From positions 18,104,001-18,168,000 of the forward strand of contig NC_043005.1 in NCBI RefSeq assembly GCF_006345805.1: a DNA stretch of 64,000 bases, written 5' to 3'. How positions within the stretch are numbered: the first letter of the stretch is position 1; every line of letters starts with the position of its first letter. Under the pieces are notes generated by a model. The model saw only the letters and a list, made by a program, of their open reading frames with translations, was not told where the DNA came from and did no database searches. Made by a program: the position numbers and the translations under genes. Shown one piece after another: positions 1-12,297 of this stretch. Source of the stretch: Octopus sinensis (Eukaryota).

Positions 1-36
1 TATCTATCTATCTATCTATCTATCCATCCATCCATC

Positions 37-122
<86 letters not shown>

Positions 123-565
123 AAATATACAGAGGGTCGCTGCCGTGTGTTATATAAATATATATATATATATATAAAGGCTAAAGACCCCTTTTAGTCA
201 TGTATGACCATGGGACTGCATGTAGAAAGTTCTGATGCTTTTTGTGGAAAAGCATCAGTTTCTCCTCTCGACGCTACCGAATTTGTCCAAGGGAAAAGCA
301 AAGGAGCAGAAGCAGCTTGGCACCAGTGACGTTGCAACTCATTTCTACACCTGAATAAACTGGAGCAACGTCGAATTAAGTTTGTCTTGCTCAAGAACAC
401 AACACACAATCCGGTCCAGGAATCGAACTTCTCAACCTCACAATTGTAAGCTCTACGCTGTAATGACTGAACCATGTGTATACAAATCCACTGGTTGCAT
501 ATTTAGGGTTAGAATGCTTTTGCTCATAAGCCTGCTCAGTTTGAGCCGACCTATGCCTATATACC

Positions 566-624
<59 letters not shown>

Positions 625-1030
625 AAACAAAAGCAACAACAGCGACAACAGTATCAGCGGCAGCAACCAAAAGGAATGCTGTAAATCATACTCCCTTTAA
701 ACGCATTCTTTTTCTGAACTGTCATTGCTGAAAGTTTTAATGTTGCTACATAGAAATTGCTGAAGATTGCTTCAGATTACTGGTTACCTTTACATGGCTT
801 TTGCGAGGAAATGCAAAGCGTTGTCTACATCCTAGTGGCAAGTTGTTGTTACACTGTTCACTAAAAATTGCAATACATTCTTAGTCGGTCGTTAGCAGGT
901 CTGGTCACCTTGTCAAACATACACGAAGACAAGCTGGAGGAGCCCTTTGAATGCTTTCTAAGGAAGATATGTCTAACACATGGAAATATGTTTTATCCTA
1001 CATTATGACAAAGTCTAATAGTAATTGCTA

Positions 1031-1206
1031 TACTCTTTTACCCTCTTTTACTCTTTTACTTGTTTCAGTGATTTGACTGTGGAGCACCGCCTTTAGTCCA
1101 GCAAATCGACCCCCAGCACTTATTATTTGTAAGCCCAGTACTTATTCTATCGGTCTTTTTTGCCGAACCGCAAAGCGATGTTGGGTGGGGGGATACAGAC
1201 ACACAA

Positions 1207-1249
<43 letters not shown>

Positions 1250-1423
1250 CATATATACGACGGGCTTGTTTCAGTTTCCGTCTACCAAATCCACTCACAA
1301 GGCTTTAGTCGACCCGAGGCTGTAGTAGAAGACACTTGTCCAAGGAGCCACGCAGTAGGACTGAATCCGGAACCATGTGGTTGGTAAGTAATCTACTTAC
1401 ATCACAGCCACTCTTACGCCTAT
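1031..1423 (-). mobile_element. tRNA-derived CORE-type bipartite SINE
   Basis: Head with A/B boxes, CCTTGG.CAAGTGTC core-like segment, internal (CA)/(TA), GAGTAAAA tail. Confidence 0.85.
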
Positions 1424-1641
1424 TATATATATATATATATATATTTGTTGAAATAGAAAGATGAATTTTCTTGTTACAGATTATTCAAGCCACAATATGG
1501 TACCCTTATTTAATCAGAATTTGGAAATTTGTGGCCTTTGAAACATGTGTAGAGAATGTAATAAAAGGAATTCTGTACAATCTTCGTTCAACTCCATTTC
1601 TTCCATTCACTAATAATATACATACATTATTATATATATAT

Positions 1642-1691
<50 letters not shown>

Positions 1692-1693
<2 letters not shown>

Positions 1694-2103
1694 TTCTCTT
1701 TTTCACTTGTTTCAGCCACCCGACTGCGGCCATGCTGGAGCACCACCTTTAGTCGAGCAAATCGACCCCGGGACTTATTCTTTGTAAGCCCAGTACTTAT
1801 TCTATCGGTCTCTTTTGCCGAACCGCTAAGTGACGGAGACGTAAACACACCAGCATCGGTTGTCAAGCAATGCTAGGGGGACAAACATACACACACAAAC
1901 AAATATACACACACATATACATATATATACATATATACGACAGGCTTCTTTCAGTTTCCGTCTACCAAATCCACTCACAAGGCATTGGTCGGCCCGGGGC
2001 TATAGCAGAAGACACTTGCCCAAGATGCCACGCAGTGGGACTGAACCCGGAACCATGTGGTTGGTTAGCAAGCTACTTACCACACAGCCACTCCTGCGCC
2101 TAT
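1692..2103 (-). mobile_element. Same bipartite SINE, full length
   Basis: High similarity to 21150-21565. Confidence 0.9.
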
Positions 2104-2288
2104 ATATATATCATATATTTGTACGTCATATTTCCGGTCAGTATTTAACATTGCTACAAATTATAAGACAATGCCTCGTTATAAGAAGATCAATAGACAT
2201 TTTCACATAATTATTGCTCGAAGTTGCTAGATGCTATCCTGGAACAACAACAAAAACAAAAACAACAACACCAATAATAGAAATAAAA

Positions 2289-2427
2289 AATGCCCTGATG
2301 CAGTACCAGGTACGGACTCTCATGGCTTCTGACCTTAAACTGATTGGAAGTATTATCATCTACTTGATTTGTCTTGGTGTAAAAGACGGGCGACTACAAA
2401 TATTCTGCTCAGTACCACAGATTTGCT
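2289..2427 (+). mobile_element. ~590-bp (AAT)n-associated non-coding element, 5' piece
   Basis: Starts AATGCCCTGATGCAGTACCAGG; cut by a SINE remnant. Confidence 0.75.
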
Positions 2428-2657
2428 AAGGATTTCGTCCGGCGCGCTAACGATTCTGCCAGCTCGCCGCCTTAAATAATAAAAATTAAAATAACAACAA
2501 CAACACAACAACAACAATAATAATAATAATAATAAGAAGAAGAAGAAGGAGGAGAAGAAGAAGAAAAAGAAGAAGAAGAAGAAGAAGAAGAACAACAACA
2601 ACACAACAACGACAACAACAACGACGACAACAACAACAACAACAGCAACAACAACAA

Positions 2658-3172
2658 GATGCAGTACCAGGCAGTGGCACTTGTGGCTTCTGATCTTAAC
2701 TGATTGGAAGTGTATCATGTACATTCTTTTGTCAGGGTATAAAAGATAGCTTACAGCAAATATTTTGCTCAATACCACAGATTTGCTTGTCCATTGCTTG
2801 GCCTTAACCAGCTGAGCATGTCCCTTAGTGGCTGACGGTATGTACATCTCTGATCACGAGCAGAAGTGATTAGGCGGGGTGGCATCACAGCCACGTGTTG
2901 AGAGAAATTTCTTTACAGTCTGAACAATTTGGAAACATAGGTGTTTTGTCCAACATTATGAAACAATTCTTATTCAGGGACCTTTTCAACTGGGCCCCAC
3001 CTGCAAGGTCATGGGCTGTTTATCTTGATATGAGATCGCCATGTCACGCACATATGGTTGTGAGGCATGTGACCGGTGTACCCTTATCAGACGGGTTAGT
3101 CATGATGGGTATATTAGGCTTCATATATTTTACCTCAGTGTCACTTTGATGGTATGCACTGCTCTCTCATTC
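2658..3172 (+). mobile_element. ~590-bp element, near full length
   Basis: GATGCAGTACCAGGCAGTGG...CTCTCTCATTC|AATAA. Confidence 0.85.
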
Positions 3173-3190
3173 AATAATAACAATAGTAAT

Positions 3191-3789
3191 GGCGAATACA
3201 GAATCGACAACACTACCGACAGCGACAAATGCAGAATGTGTGGTATGTAGGGTGAAACAGTATGGCACATCGTTAGCGAAGACCCAAATCTGGCACAACG
3301 CGAATACAAAGGACGTGACAATGTGTTATGAATTATCCAAAGAGCAAAAACGTAGTATGAACAAACCCCAGAAGGAGTCACTGAGAAAGAAAATTGCAAA
3401 ATCCTGTCGGATGCAATGTTTCGGTGAAAACACCTGACCAGACATCGGAAACCGGACACTGTCGTTAGGGAACAGAGAAAAAACATGCATGATAATCGAC
3501 ATAGCATATTCCGGTGACAACAGGATCAAAGAGAAAGAAGAAAAACTGAAGTACTATAACGATTTAAAGTGGGAAATACGAAGGTTGTGGTCAATGAAGA
3601 GAGTAGATGTGGCATCAATAGTAACAGGCGCACTTGGAAGTATCAACATTCAACAACCAGCATGGCTGAAAAGGATCGGTGCAAGAGTGAAGATAGAACA
3701 CCTACAAAAATCAGCATTGCTTGGAACTTCAAGAATTCTTCGCAGGGTTCTTGAAGCATGACCAGTAAACAAGTATCAACTTAGTTCGT

Positions 3790-3791
<2 letters not shown>
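3191..3791 (+). mobile_element. 5'-truncated R4/Dong-like non-LTR retrotransposon (CCHC knuckle + RLE endonuclease, frameshifted)
   Basis: DKCRMCG, RPDTVV..MIIDIAYSGD..KEKEEKLKYYNDLKWEIRRLW..IVTGALG..QKSALLGTSRILRRVL; followed directly by (AAT)n. Confidence 0.85.
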
Positions 3792-3831
<40 letters not shown>

Positions 3832-3848
3832 TAAGAATATAATAATAT

Positions 3849-3892
<44 letters not shown>

Positions 3893-4064
3893 GAATATTA
3901 ATAATAATATAATAATAATAATATTATTAATAATAATAATAATAATAATAATATAATAATAATAATAATAATAATAATATAATATAATAATAATAATAAT
4001 TAATAATAATAATTTAATACTAATAAAATAGATAATATGATATAATAATAACTTAATAATATAA

Positions 4065-4149
<85 letters not shown>

Positions 4150-4150
4150 C
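3792..4150 (+). repeat. (AAT)n array; about 18 more AAT runs lie on + (e.g. 26918, 31443, 43443, 55865, 60970)
   Basis: Direct reading. Confidence 0.95.
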
Positions 4151-4990
4151 ACAGGAACAATAGTCAACTATTGGATATTGCTAGAGATGGTTACATTAGG
4201 ACAAATATTGGTAGCTGTTTCAACTGTGTATAGTCATATATATATCAGAAGCTGCTTGACATCGTAACATAGTCCTTACTAGAGATTACTAAAGATGACC
4301 TCCGTTTACTTGCTGCTTCCATTTCACATTGTCTCATTGTTTTTCTTCTGCAATGTACTAGACGTTGTCATTCTATCATTGCAAGAAATTGCTAGAAATA
4401 ACTATAGTTTGTTAGGATTACTCTGTGTTTTTATATGTGTGAGTGGGCTGGATCAATAAATGCATATATTATTGATCTTCCTGCTGAATACCAAGTTGGT
4501 ATGTGATGGTGTAAAGATATAAAACTGATCGATAGCAATAAACTCTACGCTATTCCTCAGCACTTAGGTCTTATCTTAGTAAATAATCTAATTTTTCTTT
4601 ATCCTACCATGCTTTAGTTTTTTTGTGTGGGTTTTCCCAACATTCTAATTCTTCTCTAACGAATGCAGGTGAGAAGAGCTGATTAACTAAAATCCTGGAG
4701 AACTACAGAAAGTTTAATAATGTTGTTACTTCATACATGCGCTGCAATGTGACTTTGACCAAAACGCATTTGTTTATATAACAGCAGACTGCCAACATGT
4801 AAATAGACTCATCGATTCTAACACATCCAAACCTTCCGTAAAAGAAAAAATAAGGAAACAATAACAGACTTTTTACAGATTTCTCTAAAATCGGCAACCA
4901 GTGATGCAAGACTAAAGGTTCGCGCAATTTGACACAGACGAAGAGTTCTGCTTGAAACATTTGATTTCTTTTATTCTTCACGCCAAAATA

Positions 4991-5215
4991 TTGGGTTGTC
5001 CGGAAAGTTCGTGCCGATTTTTAAAGGAAAGAAAAAGGTCAATAAATACTTGCCATTACATTTTTAATCAACGAAATATGAAATATGAAAAAATAGCTGA
5101 AATTGTGCTCTAAATAGAGGTGTAGTCAAATCCTTTTTTATGGACTCAACCACGTTCTAAAATAAGTCGAAAGGTAAGCTACTATAAATTGGCACGAACT
5201 TTCCGAACTACCCAA
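4991..5215. mobile_element. Mariner-type MITE
   Basis: ~30-bp TIRs TTGGGTTGTCCGGAAAGTTCGTGCCGATTT / AAATTGGCACGAACTTTCCGAACTACCCAA with TA on both sides. Confidence 0.85.
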
Positions 5216-6099
5216 TACATACTACATTTATTGAAGTTCTTAAAGGATTTAAATGGAGAATTGGTCGAGTCGTTAGAACATAGGCTAGAATGCTTCACGG
5301 CATTTATTCCGACTCTGCACTCTGAATTCAAATTCCGCCCTGTTCTACGTTGCCTCTCATATTTTCGGGGTTAATAAAAAGAATATGCTTATCCAGTTCT
5401 GTGGCTTGGCAAAACTATCAGAACATTGGACAAGATGCCTTGCAGTTTCTGTTTTCAGCCCTTTGCATTCTGACATATATGCTTGTGCAATACTGGTTCC
5501 AAACAGTTTCGACCTTAAAGCGGCAGCCTTTCCTTTGGGTGGCGTGTAAAAATGGAAACTTACACATGGGAAACTGGCAGGTTTTTCTCCCGCAAAAAAT
5601 ACATTTTACAGACCTGATCCCACTGATGTAGATAATCGAACCTAACCGACGAACTCCTCTCCTATATAGAAAAATGTGTATCTATTTACCGACGCAGAGT
5701 GGCACTAGTTCTCTCGGACTCTACATTTTTATTCAATGAAATTCCCACTTGGGTATATTACTAATACTGATTTTACTCAGAACAAAATGCTAAGATTTAA
5801 ACACAACATTCTATTGTTCTCCATTAGTCTGTTGTTTCTTTCCATTCCTCAACAAACAAGCTTTTACGCATTTATATTGTGATATCTTACACTCATACAT
5901 ATTTCATCGAGTCTTTTCTTGTGAAACACAAAATATGACTCAGTGTCCTAGTCTAGTCGGGAACAACTATATTCACAATGAACTAACTTCCTACAAATCT
6001 CCCTCGCCCCTACCCCGGATCTACTGTATTCTATAGCGGAATGTATACTACATTCTCTTAGTTAATCACGATTGGTTTTCTCATAGATTGTGTAGGATT

Positions 6100-6528
<429 letters not shown>

Positions 6529-6530
<2 letters not shown>

Positions 6531-6695
6531 TGGAAAAAAGTCAAAGTAGAAAATGCTAAAATAATTTCATAAAAAACATTTCAGTACCGGTTTCAGTCAT
6601 TGAAACAATTGAAGAAATCTCAATGACTGAAACACCACTGAAATTTTTTTTGATAAAATTATTTTAGCATTTTCTACCATGACTTTTTTTCCATA
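6529..6695. mobile_element. Foldback repeat in (TA)n, possibly Penelope-type inverted terminus
   Basis: ~75-bp imperfect arms TATGGAAAAAAGTC...CAGTCATTGA / TCAATGACTG...GACTTTTTTTCCATA. Confidence 0.7.
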
Positions 6696-6725
6696 TATAT
6701 CAACTCGTATGTTCCTTTTCAACCT

Positions 6726-6788
<63 letters not shown>

Positions 6789-7327
6789 CACACACACACA
6801 CATACACACATGCGCGCACACACAGAAATATATATATATATATATATGTATGTATTTATATATAAGATTGAGTTATCTGGTGTGTCCTTTCACTATTTAA
6901 GGAGATAGGATATGATTTAAAGGAGATTTGGCAGATATTGTGCAGCGATACGATAGGCATTAAAGACCATACTATTTGACAGAAAATAACAGAACATTCT
7001 CGCTCCCTCTCAGTCACCCCCTCCCTCTCTCTGTCTTATATTTCAGAAATGTTTGGTTTAAGAGGAGTTGTGAGGTAGAGTTGAAGGACTAGTAGTGACT
7101 TCTGATTAAGATATATATATTCATATACAAAACCCATTCTAATACGTGTATACATTTACACACATTCCCCAACACAAACACATACACACTCACACACACA
7201 TAAGTACACAGATATACAGGTATGCGTAGATATATATGTTGTTTATGATTTTAACCTTTAAAGGTATTTTAATATGCCACTTATGATGAAATTTTTTCTG
7301 AAAAAACTTTTATACTATATTAGTAGT

Positions 7328-7484
7328 GAAGTGGCTATGTGGTAAGTAGCTTGCTTACGAACCACGTGGTTCCGGGTTCAGTCCCACTGCGTGGCACCTT
7401 GGGCGAGTGTCTTCTACTATAGCCTCGGGCCGACCAAAGCCTACTGAGTGGATTTGGTAGACGGAAAATGAAAGAAGCCCGTCG

Positions 7485-7489
<5 letters not shown>
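7328..7489 (+). mobile_element. Same SINE, left half
   Basis: GTGGTAAGTAGCTTGC...GGTTCAGTCCC...GAAGCCCGTCGTATAT. Confidence 0.85.
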
Positions 7490-7519
<30 letters not shown>

Positions 7520-7527
<8 letters not shown>

Positions 7528-8190
7528 TGTGTACAGTGCTCAGGTGCACTACAACTCATCTAAAGTGTATATATAATCAGGTGTAGTTTCGGCGGATTTC
7601 GGAAAGCATGAGGGCCTTAAAGGATGCAGTATCATGGCAGTCAACAACTGACGCAGGCAGTTTATTCCATGCTTCAGCAACTCTGAGCGTGAAAAAATGT
7701 TTCCGAAAGTCATGGGAGCTGTGTTGTTTTCTGACTTTGTAGGCATGTCCACGTGTGTTAGACACATGGAGATCAGAAAGGTGTTCAGTGTTGTTGTTGG
7801 TGAGGTGGTTGATAACTTTGTGTATACTTTATGTATACGTAGATTCAGTTTCGATCCAGTTAAACAGTATCTTGGATAGCTGTCTCATGCTAACCTCGGT
7901 TTGGCCAATGACTTGTAAGTGGAGTTTGGAAAACATTGTATGGAGTCGAAGACAAAAGAGAATGATAAGATAAATACCAAAGTGACATAAGCAACGAGGT
8001 TTGATATGATGGTCTAAGAATCTTTCAAAGCCCAGACCTTGCATGGGCATAGCACAAGACTTAAAAGGAGTAAAAAATAAAATGTGACAATCGTTTGGTC
8101 GTTTAATGGATGTAGCCATTGGATGGTATCCTTGCTGGAGCACTATTTTCAACGATTTTAGCGGGTCATAGTGATTCAAGTATAGTTTGG
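7520..8190 (-). mobile_element. CR1/L2-group LINE 3' fragment
   Basis: SNTRGHAYKVRKQHSSHDFRKHFFTLRVAEAWNKLPASVV..FK motif; (ATT)n tail. Confidence 0.85.
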
Positions 8191-8409
8191 TGTATATATA
8201 TATATACCAATGTAATAAAAGAAGAGGTGGTGTTTGTGTAAGTATGAGCACAGAAATATAGTACACTTGCATACAAACACACACACACACACGCACACAA
8301 ACACACACACACACAAACACACACACTCTTACATAATGCAAATATACATACACACATACATATATTATGTATATAGGTATGAAGGTATGGCATATATGTA
8401 AATGTATGG

Positions 8410-8451
<42 letters not shown>

Positions 8452-8635
8452 TACATATATATAATATATATATATATATATAATATATATATATATGGAC
8501 CATACCGTCATTCACACCATATACACACCGCACGCAAACACACACACACGAACGATATATTTTTAAAAAGTTCTTTCAATTACGTTCACCGAGTTTTATT
8601 CAGCCTGGCGGCTATCCGCAATATCAGCGAATGTA

Positions 8636-8850
8636 TTATTCAGTCTTTCCTGTACATTGGAGGAGACCGATTTCCTCTAAGTAAGCGACTGGCAAGTATA
8701 CGTGGTTGACAAGGTTTAAGGAAGTCGAAATGCGTTTGAAGTGTTCGCTGTTGAGTGTTAATATAATGTTCGCCTCGCTCCTGTTCAGCGTTTGAACCAC
8801 AGCATGTCTTTGAAAAGAGTTTCTTTCAGACAAAAACCATAGCATCATGC
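8636..8850 (-). CDS. Probable terminal coding exon 2 of the same gene (joined CDS 540 nt, 179 aa)
   Basis: Acceptor TTTACATACTTTTGGCAG| at 8851; phase-1 join gives ...TVA-G-MMLWFLSERN...CTGKTE*; AATAAA at 8600-8595 downstream of the stop. Peptide not recognised. Confidence 0.5.
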
Positions 8851-9429
8851 CTGCCAAAAGTATGTAAACATTAAATATATATAAATGGGTTTTGTATGCG
8901 TGTTTGTTTGTGTTTGCTGAAAAGGTACTCCAGCATGCTAAAGAGGAGCTGTCCTAAAGAAGCTAAACAGAAAGTGAAATAGCACACAGACGTGCGCGCA
9001 CACATGCAAACATACGCGAACATGCACTCGCACTCACACATTTGGATGGATAAAATGGAACTTTTTGAAAAATATATTTAATTTATGCCTGGGTTCGTGT
9101 CCTTCGGCAGCCTTGGACGTTCTCTATCCAAAGGCTTTTTAAATGAAATATTTATAGTTTTACCGTCTGATTCGAGATCCCCTGTCCCATAAAAGAATTA
9201 TTTCACGTTCTCTCGAAATTTAAGAATAAAGATTTTCAAACGAATAGAGAAAAATCGAAAGATCATTTCGATCCACTGGCAGAACACCTTTCAGGATTGT
9301 GCTTCTCGACCCTGGGCGAGCTTGGACATTTTCAATCCACTAGGTTTTTAGCCTAATATATACACGCTATTATTTATCATCTGTTTCTAGGAACACTGTT
9401 TCGAATGAATTGTTCTATGGTATATAATA

Positions 9430-9565
<136 letters not shown>

Positions 9566-9817
9566 TAATATAGGATACATACCGATACGATAATAACGGA
9601 ATTTTTTAGAATTTCTGTCGGCTTACTTCGAGACACACGTATTTGTAGTGATAAAATGATATGGTTATTGACAATTTCTTTATTTTCGGCACATTTGGCA
9701 TTAGAATTTTTTTCTTTTGCCCTTGTTTATAATTTGTTTATAAATTTAACCTTTAAAGGTATTTTTTAATATGCTGACCATTGATAAAAAATTTTCCGAA
9801 AAATGTTATCCTATATT

Positions 9818-9819
<2 letters not shown>
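9566..9819. mobile_element. Probable MITE in (TA)n
   Basis: TAATATAGGATA / TATCCTATATTAG termini; internal ~80 bp similar to 7250-7322. Confidence 0.5.
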
Positions 9820-9858
<39 letters not shown>

Positions 9859-10075
9859 TATGCGTGTGTGTGTCTCCTGTTCTGAGGATAGGAGGATACA
9901 CGTGTTGTGGAGAGTCGTTCAAGAGGTCATAGGATTGGTGACGAAAGATTTAGACAATGGATACTAAAATAAGAACAATAATAAATCTGAAGTGAAGAAC
10001 GAATATATTGTGTGTGTATTTATTTGCTCCCAAAGACAGGACTGTCCGGCAATATAACAAATATATATATATATA

Positions 10076-10410
10076 TAGGCGCAGGAGTGGCTGTGTGGTA
10101 AGTAGCTTGCTAACCAATCAAATGGTTTCGAATTTCAGTGGTACTGTGTAGCACCTTGGGCAAGTGTCTTCTACTATAGCCTCGGGCCGACCAAAGACTT
10201 GTCAGTGGATTTGGTAGGCGGAAACCACACCATCGCTTGACAACCAATGCTGGTGTGTTTACGTCCCAGTAGCATAGCGGTTTGGCAAAAGAGACCGATA
10301 GAATAAGTACTGGACTTACAAACAATAAGTCTTGGGGTCGATTCGTTCGACTAAAGGCGGTGCTCCAGCAAGGCCGCAATCAAATGACTGAAACAAATAA
10401 AAGAATAAAA
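10076..10410 (+). mobile_element. Same SINE, internally deleted
   Basis: Head and right half joined without the microsatellite. Confidence 0.85.
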
Positions 10411-10567
10411 GAATGTATCTGTCTATGTATGTATGTATGTATGTATGTATGTACGTATCTATCTATCTATCTGGTATATATATACATATATATCTATAAT
10501 ATAGATATATATATATAATTATATATATATGATATATATACATATATATATATAGATGTATATATAC

Positions 10568-10603
<36 letters not shown>

Positions 10604-11084
10604 TGGTGTGTGTGTGTGTGTGCGTATGTGTGCGTACACACACACATACGCACACACCATATTACAACGTAACTATATTCTATCCACCAATCCTCATGCT
10701 TTTGAATATTGTTCTGAAACAAATCAGGGAAAGAGAAGATCAAGCAGCAAGCTACCGATGAAAGGGTTACGGTAACACGGCTTAAATGACATTACTACTA
10801 GTATTATTAAATGGAAAAGAAAAACTGTGCCAATATTGGCCGAAATCTATTTAGTTTTGTATAACGCACATGAGTATGCACGTGTGTATTTACGTATATT
10901 GCAGTTAGATGATCATAGTAATCGAGAATCGGAAAGAGTCCATGTAACACAGAATAACAAGACTTAGCATTATTGATGGCTACATGTTACGACTCGTGTC
11001 TCTACTGAGAACACGAGCATTTTACTTCTTATTTCTAGTAATCTAGGTTTTTCCAATACTCTAGACACATTCTGTGATAATTGT

Positions 11085-11115
<31 letters not shown>

Positions 11116-11116
<1 letters not shown>

Positions 11117-11330
11117 GTGGCCGTGTGCTTACCAGCCACATGGTTCTGGGTTCGGTCTCACTGCGTGGTACCTTGGGCAAGTGTCTTCTAGTATAGCCTC
11201 GGGCCGTCCACAGCCTTGTCAGTGGATTTGGTTGACGGAAACTGAAACAAGCCCGTCGTATATATACATATACATATTTGTATATGTATGTGTGTCTGTG
11301 TTTATCCCCCCCCGCCTACACACACATATA
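11116..11330 (+). mobile_element. Same SINE, left half
   Basis: Shared core. Confidence 0.8.
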
Positions 11331-11378
11331 TATATATACACATGTGTGTGTGTGTGTCTGTATAAATATATATATATA

Positions 11379-11768
11379 CCAGCAGTATCACCCGGCGTTG
11401 CTCGGGTTTGTTACGACCCTTTAGAATTGGAATTTTTAAAAAAGTAAAAATTTTGCATTATGTAGCTTGTTACTCTCTTTAAGTGAACAATGTTCTGGTT
11501 GAAATACACCGAAAAATGACGACACAGCAGTAAAAAAATCGTAAAAAATAGGGATTTTCATAAAAAAAAGCACCTTTTTGATGTAAATAATTTTTGGTGT
11601 TAACGTGGTCCGATTTGAATTTTTTCTTCTTCAGAAGGAAGAGCAATCCTTCTTCTAACATACTTTAAATTTATTTTGGTCAACTTGTGCAGCAGGGTCT
11701 CGGAGGAGGTAGTGTTAATTGAAAGCTACCAAACCAACCATACACAAACTTCAGCTTTATATATATAC
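11379..11768 (-). mobile_element. Non-autonomous Helitron-like element in the ParB-like gene intron
   Basis: Minus strand ends CCCGAGCAACGCCGGG hairpin + GTGATACTG-like spacer + CTGG|T (CTRR); 5' end TATATATATAAAGC-like. Confidence 0.7.
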
Positions 11769-11773
11769 ATACC

Positions 11774-11864
<91 letters not shown>

Positions 11865-11972
11865 TATATGCAACTGTTGCGCGCGTTCATGGATCAGGAA
11901 GTCTGTATATATGTGTGTGTGTGTGTGTGCACCTGTTTGAAGAGAAACGGATGACTGGCATACGTAACTTAC

Positions 11973-12297
11973 CTGCAACTGTATTGGTGTTGTTAGCTTT
12001 AAAATTTGGTACAATCATCATCATCCGAATGCCCGCCGGTATAGCATTCAAAGGTATACAGTCCACTTTAACCCTTTTGCACCTTCCTTCTTTTTCAAGG
12101 CGCCGAAACACCAAGAGTCGTGTATTGTTCAATGTAAAATAGTGACCGTCTTTCTGTGCCACTTGCAAACGGGCTCTGTCTAGATTCTGTACAAAATGTC
12201 TACTAGCTTCGATGATGTCTCTTTCATGTGTAATTTCTTCCACAGTCTGCTGACCAGTACAACTGGTAAAATGGATGCTAGATGGTGAGAGGAACAT
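11973..12297 (-). CDS. Coding exon 1 of an uncharacterised protein with ParB/sulfiredoxin-like motifs (108 codons + 1 nt)
   Basis: Non-repetitive open frame [11 protein letters not shown]...[35 protein letters not shown]...NTVA, in-frame TAG upstream of the ATG, ending at a consensus donor GCAG|GTAAGT (intron starts 11972, phase 1). Family assignment is from recalled motif similarity. Confidence 0.72.

Noticed and set aside
382-684. Poly-His/poly-Gln ORF
   Set aside because: CAC/CAA microsatellite fused to SINE sequence; no splice or domain support
5567-5625. Minus-strand pseudo-exon with CxxC (KCIFCGRKTC) and GTAAGT donor
   Set aside because: Weak acceptor and no partner exon; illustrates the chance rate of such signals
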